This document shows, piece after piece, positions 62,104 to 64,000 of a stretch of DNA of 64,000 nt. The notes under the pieces are model-generated. The model was not told where the DNA came from. It saw only the letters and a program-made list of their open reading frames with translations, and ran no database searches. Origin of the DNA: Candidatus Saccharimonadota bacterium (GTDB taxonomy: Bacteria; Patescibacteriota; Saccharimonadia; Saccharimonadales; OFTM59); the NCBI GenBank assembly GCA_029260855.1, contig JAJDCK010000009.1, forward strand, positions 1,233-65,232, written 5' to 3'. How positions within the stretch are numbered: the stretch's first letter is position 1; each line of letters begins with the position of its first letter. A program made the translations under genes and the position numbers.

Positions 62104-63801
62104 CTATAAGGGCGTTAGGGGCTGCTGGGGCTGGTTATCGTCCTGGCTGCCTAGTGGTTGCCCGTCTAGCCTGATAGAGTTATGCGCGGGCATAATTGGT
62201 GGCGGGACCAGTGGTGGGGGTGCTAGAGGTGGCACAGAAAACCTCTGTGCGCTAGGTGTTGGGTCGGATAATTCATCCCTGGCCTCTGCGCTAGCAGGCA
62301 ACCCCGTCTCTTCATCTAGCTTACTTACATCAAGATACTGATGATTAGCGTCTGGCGCAGCATCGGCAGTTGGTGTGACTGTAGCCGAGGGCGGCAAATT
62401 ATGGCCTAAGTCCAAGTCAACAGGCTGGGACCCCACAGCAACAGATTCCTCTTGGTCAGAGGCGTTGCCGCTAGACTCTTCTGGTGCAACAGTTTTTTCA
62501 TTGTCCTGGTTAAGATGGGGGCTGTCTACTGCTTCTTCTATTGACTCAAGTGTCTTGCTGTCTTCTTTTTTGGGGGTAGAAGTTTTTTGACTGGCTTGTT
62601 GAGCCGCCTCACTAGGCTTTGCTGCATCTGTCTTGTTTTGATGTTTTTCTGCGACATCATGATGCAGCAACGGCGTGTCAACCGGCGGAAGACTAAGTGG
62701 ATTCGCGAATCCGCTTAGGTCATTTGACTGGCCGCTGGCCGTCAACGTGCCCCCTCTGGAAGGAGGCTCCGTAACGCGTTTAGGCGTTTCCGGAACAACT
62801 GCCTGACCCTGACCCCTATCCTCCTGTTCTGACTGTTGGGTGACCTCCGGCACTTTTACTGCTGCTATGCCTGGTCTAGCACCACGTCCGGTGCTTTTTT
62901 CTGAATCGTCGTGGTCAATCCTTAGGGCTCCCTTGCCATCACCAGCTTCACCTGTCTCGTCTGCCCCAGACGTGTAACTTTCCGATCGGGCTTCTGGCAG
63001 CATGTTATCAGAACTTTCCTGGAGCTTGGTTGCGACTAGCTGCTGATTGGCCCCTGCGGCCATAAGTTTTGCGCTTATGCCCATAGTAACTGAGGTAGTC
63101 TTTTGATTACTGAACCGCTCTGTCTCGGCTACAATTCCAGTTAGCAACGCTGTAGACATTTGAGCATCAAGCACATCACTTTTCAGGGTAAGCCCCAGAT
63201 CAGCAAGCATTTCTGATAGGCTGCTTGCCTGCGGATCAACCCAGCTGATCGTGCCAAGATTACCATTTGGCTGCGTGTTGATCGTAATGATGGTAGCATC
63301 ATGCAATATACGGCCATGGGCGCTGATAGCTTGGTCCAAATCTTGCTGCTCGTGAACACCAAGTGCAACTATGACATCTACGTTGAAATCCCCCAGGCTG
63401 AACTCCAGATCATCATGGCTCAGAGAAGTGTGATATGGGGTAATAAAGATCCTAACTAGTTTTTCTTCAACCTTATAGCGGAGCTTATCGGCTTTTGCTT
63501 TATCTAAAGATATGATGAAATCGCGAAGTGAATCAGTATTTCTTTCTATAGTCTCCTCAGGTTTCAAAAATTCAATCGTAGAAGGAATATCACCACTAAA
63601 TACAGCGGTCGCATGCTTGCCCAACTTGTTCAAGAGCAGCGTCAAACCGATTACGCCGGCCAATTGGTCAACGGACGGGTTGGTACTAACCGTCACGAGC
63701 ACATTACTAGCTTCCTTAAGGCGCTGGACTGCCGACGCTTTGGGATTTTCCATAATTTTTGTTTTTTGCTTAACCTCTGGTAGGAGACTATCATAAAACA
63801 T
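62104..63801 (-). CDS. DHH-phosphoesterase-like fold protein with degenerate catalytic motifs and ~330-aa disordered acidic/Pro-rich tail
   Basis: 565-aa ORF. The N-terminal ~230 aa follows the spacing of NrnA/DHH proteins (VLVTVSTNPSVDQLAG in place of the H-x-x-PDGD-A-x-G motif, then FNVDVIVALGVHEQ). The canonical Asp/His residues are largely substituted. The remainder is low complexity. The start may instead be the internal MENPKAS. Confidence 0.4.
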   Translation of the reverse strand: MFYDSLLPEVKQKTKIMENPKASAVQRLKEASNVLVTVSTNPSVDQLAGVIGLTLLLNKLGKHATAVFSGDIPSTIEFLKPEETIERNTDSLRDFIISLDKAKADKLRYKVEEKLVRIFITPYHTSLSHDDLEFSLGDFNVDVIVALGVHEQQDLDQAISAHGRILHDATIITINTQPNGNLGTISWVDPQASSLSEMLADLGLTLKSDVLDAQMSTALLTGIVAETERFSNQKTTSVTMGISAKLMAAGANQQLVATKLQESSDNMLPEARSESYTSGADETGEAGDGKGALRIDHDDSEKSTGRGARPGIAAVKVPEVTQQSEQEDRGQGQAVVPETPKRVTEPPSRGGTLTASGQSNDLSGFANPLSLPPVDTPLLHHDVAEKHQNKTDAAKPSEAAQQASQKTSTPKKEDSKTLESIEEAVDSPHLNQDNEKTVAPEESSGNASDQEESVAVGSQPVDLDLGHNLPPSATVTPTADAAPDANHQYLDVSKLDEETGLPASAEARDELSDPTPSAQRFSVPPLAPPPLVPPPIMPAHNSIRLDGQPLGSQDDNQPQQPLTPL

Positions 63802-64000
63802 AACCTTTGTCTATGCTTTTCAAACACATTTTGGCCAACCTTTACAAAAGAGGTGGTTAAGTGGTACATTCAACTCCGAACATAATTTTCATTTACTAAT
63901 TCACATTTACCAAGATATTTTTCATTAGCCATTTTTCAGAAATGATAAATGACCAATAATTGAAAAATGATACCTGGTAAATGGTAAATTCTCTGAAGGA

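Overview
This is a compact 64-kb chromosomal window, mostly coded on the minus strand, using the standard genetic code (TGA is used as a stop). Housekeeping content: gyrB-gyrA, comM, infC-rpmI-rplT, RNase P RNA, miaA, thrS, nrdR, ndk, ychF, efp, rpsF-ssb-rpsR, ftsK, RNase J, pnp-rpsO, and five intact tRNAs that all encode CCA. It also carries an LPXTG (sortase-type) surface protein and a complete type IV pilus cluster with no secretin gene (31.1-43.6 kb: pilM-N-O-B-T-C, pilA, pilD, four pseudopilins). This fits a reduced-genome bacterium with a single membrane, most like Patescibacteria/CPR (Saccharibacteria-like). That placement is inference only, because no database search was possible. I saw no rRNA, CRISPR array or recognisable IS element. 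Canonical sigma-70-type promoters (TTGACA-17 nt-TAnnnT, or extended -10 TGnTAnnnT) and intrinsic terminators are readable throughout, which makes several ORF-free transcription units visible. Most interesting unexplained signals: (1) a 132-nt RNA at 15647-15778 that folds into a four-helix junction with only Watson-Crick pairs, has its own extended -10 promoter and ends in a U-tract. (2) A perfect 39-nt duplication of the 5' half of tRNA-Pro(GGG), separated from the intact gene by a 222-nt spacer made of hairpins. (3) A roughly 200-nt leader with an internal terminator in front of an operon encoding an orphan TrwB/VirD4-like ATPase, next to about 0.87 kb of ORF-free DNA and a small promoter-to-terminator sRNA unit. 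(4) Terminator-containing leaders upstream of thrS and nrdR. (5) A 909-aa secreted protein plus a TPR protein immediately upstream of pilM, and unusually large pseudopilins. (6) A fused DCoH/PCD-RNase HI gene. (7) A small island of orphan genes beside a rearranged tRNA cluster. (8) A perfect CRP-type palindrome next to a Crp/Fnr regulator gene.
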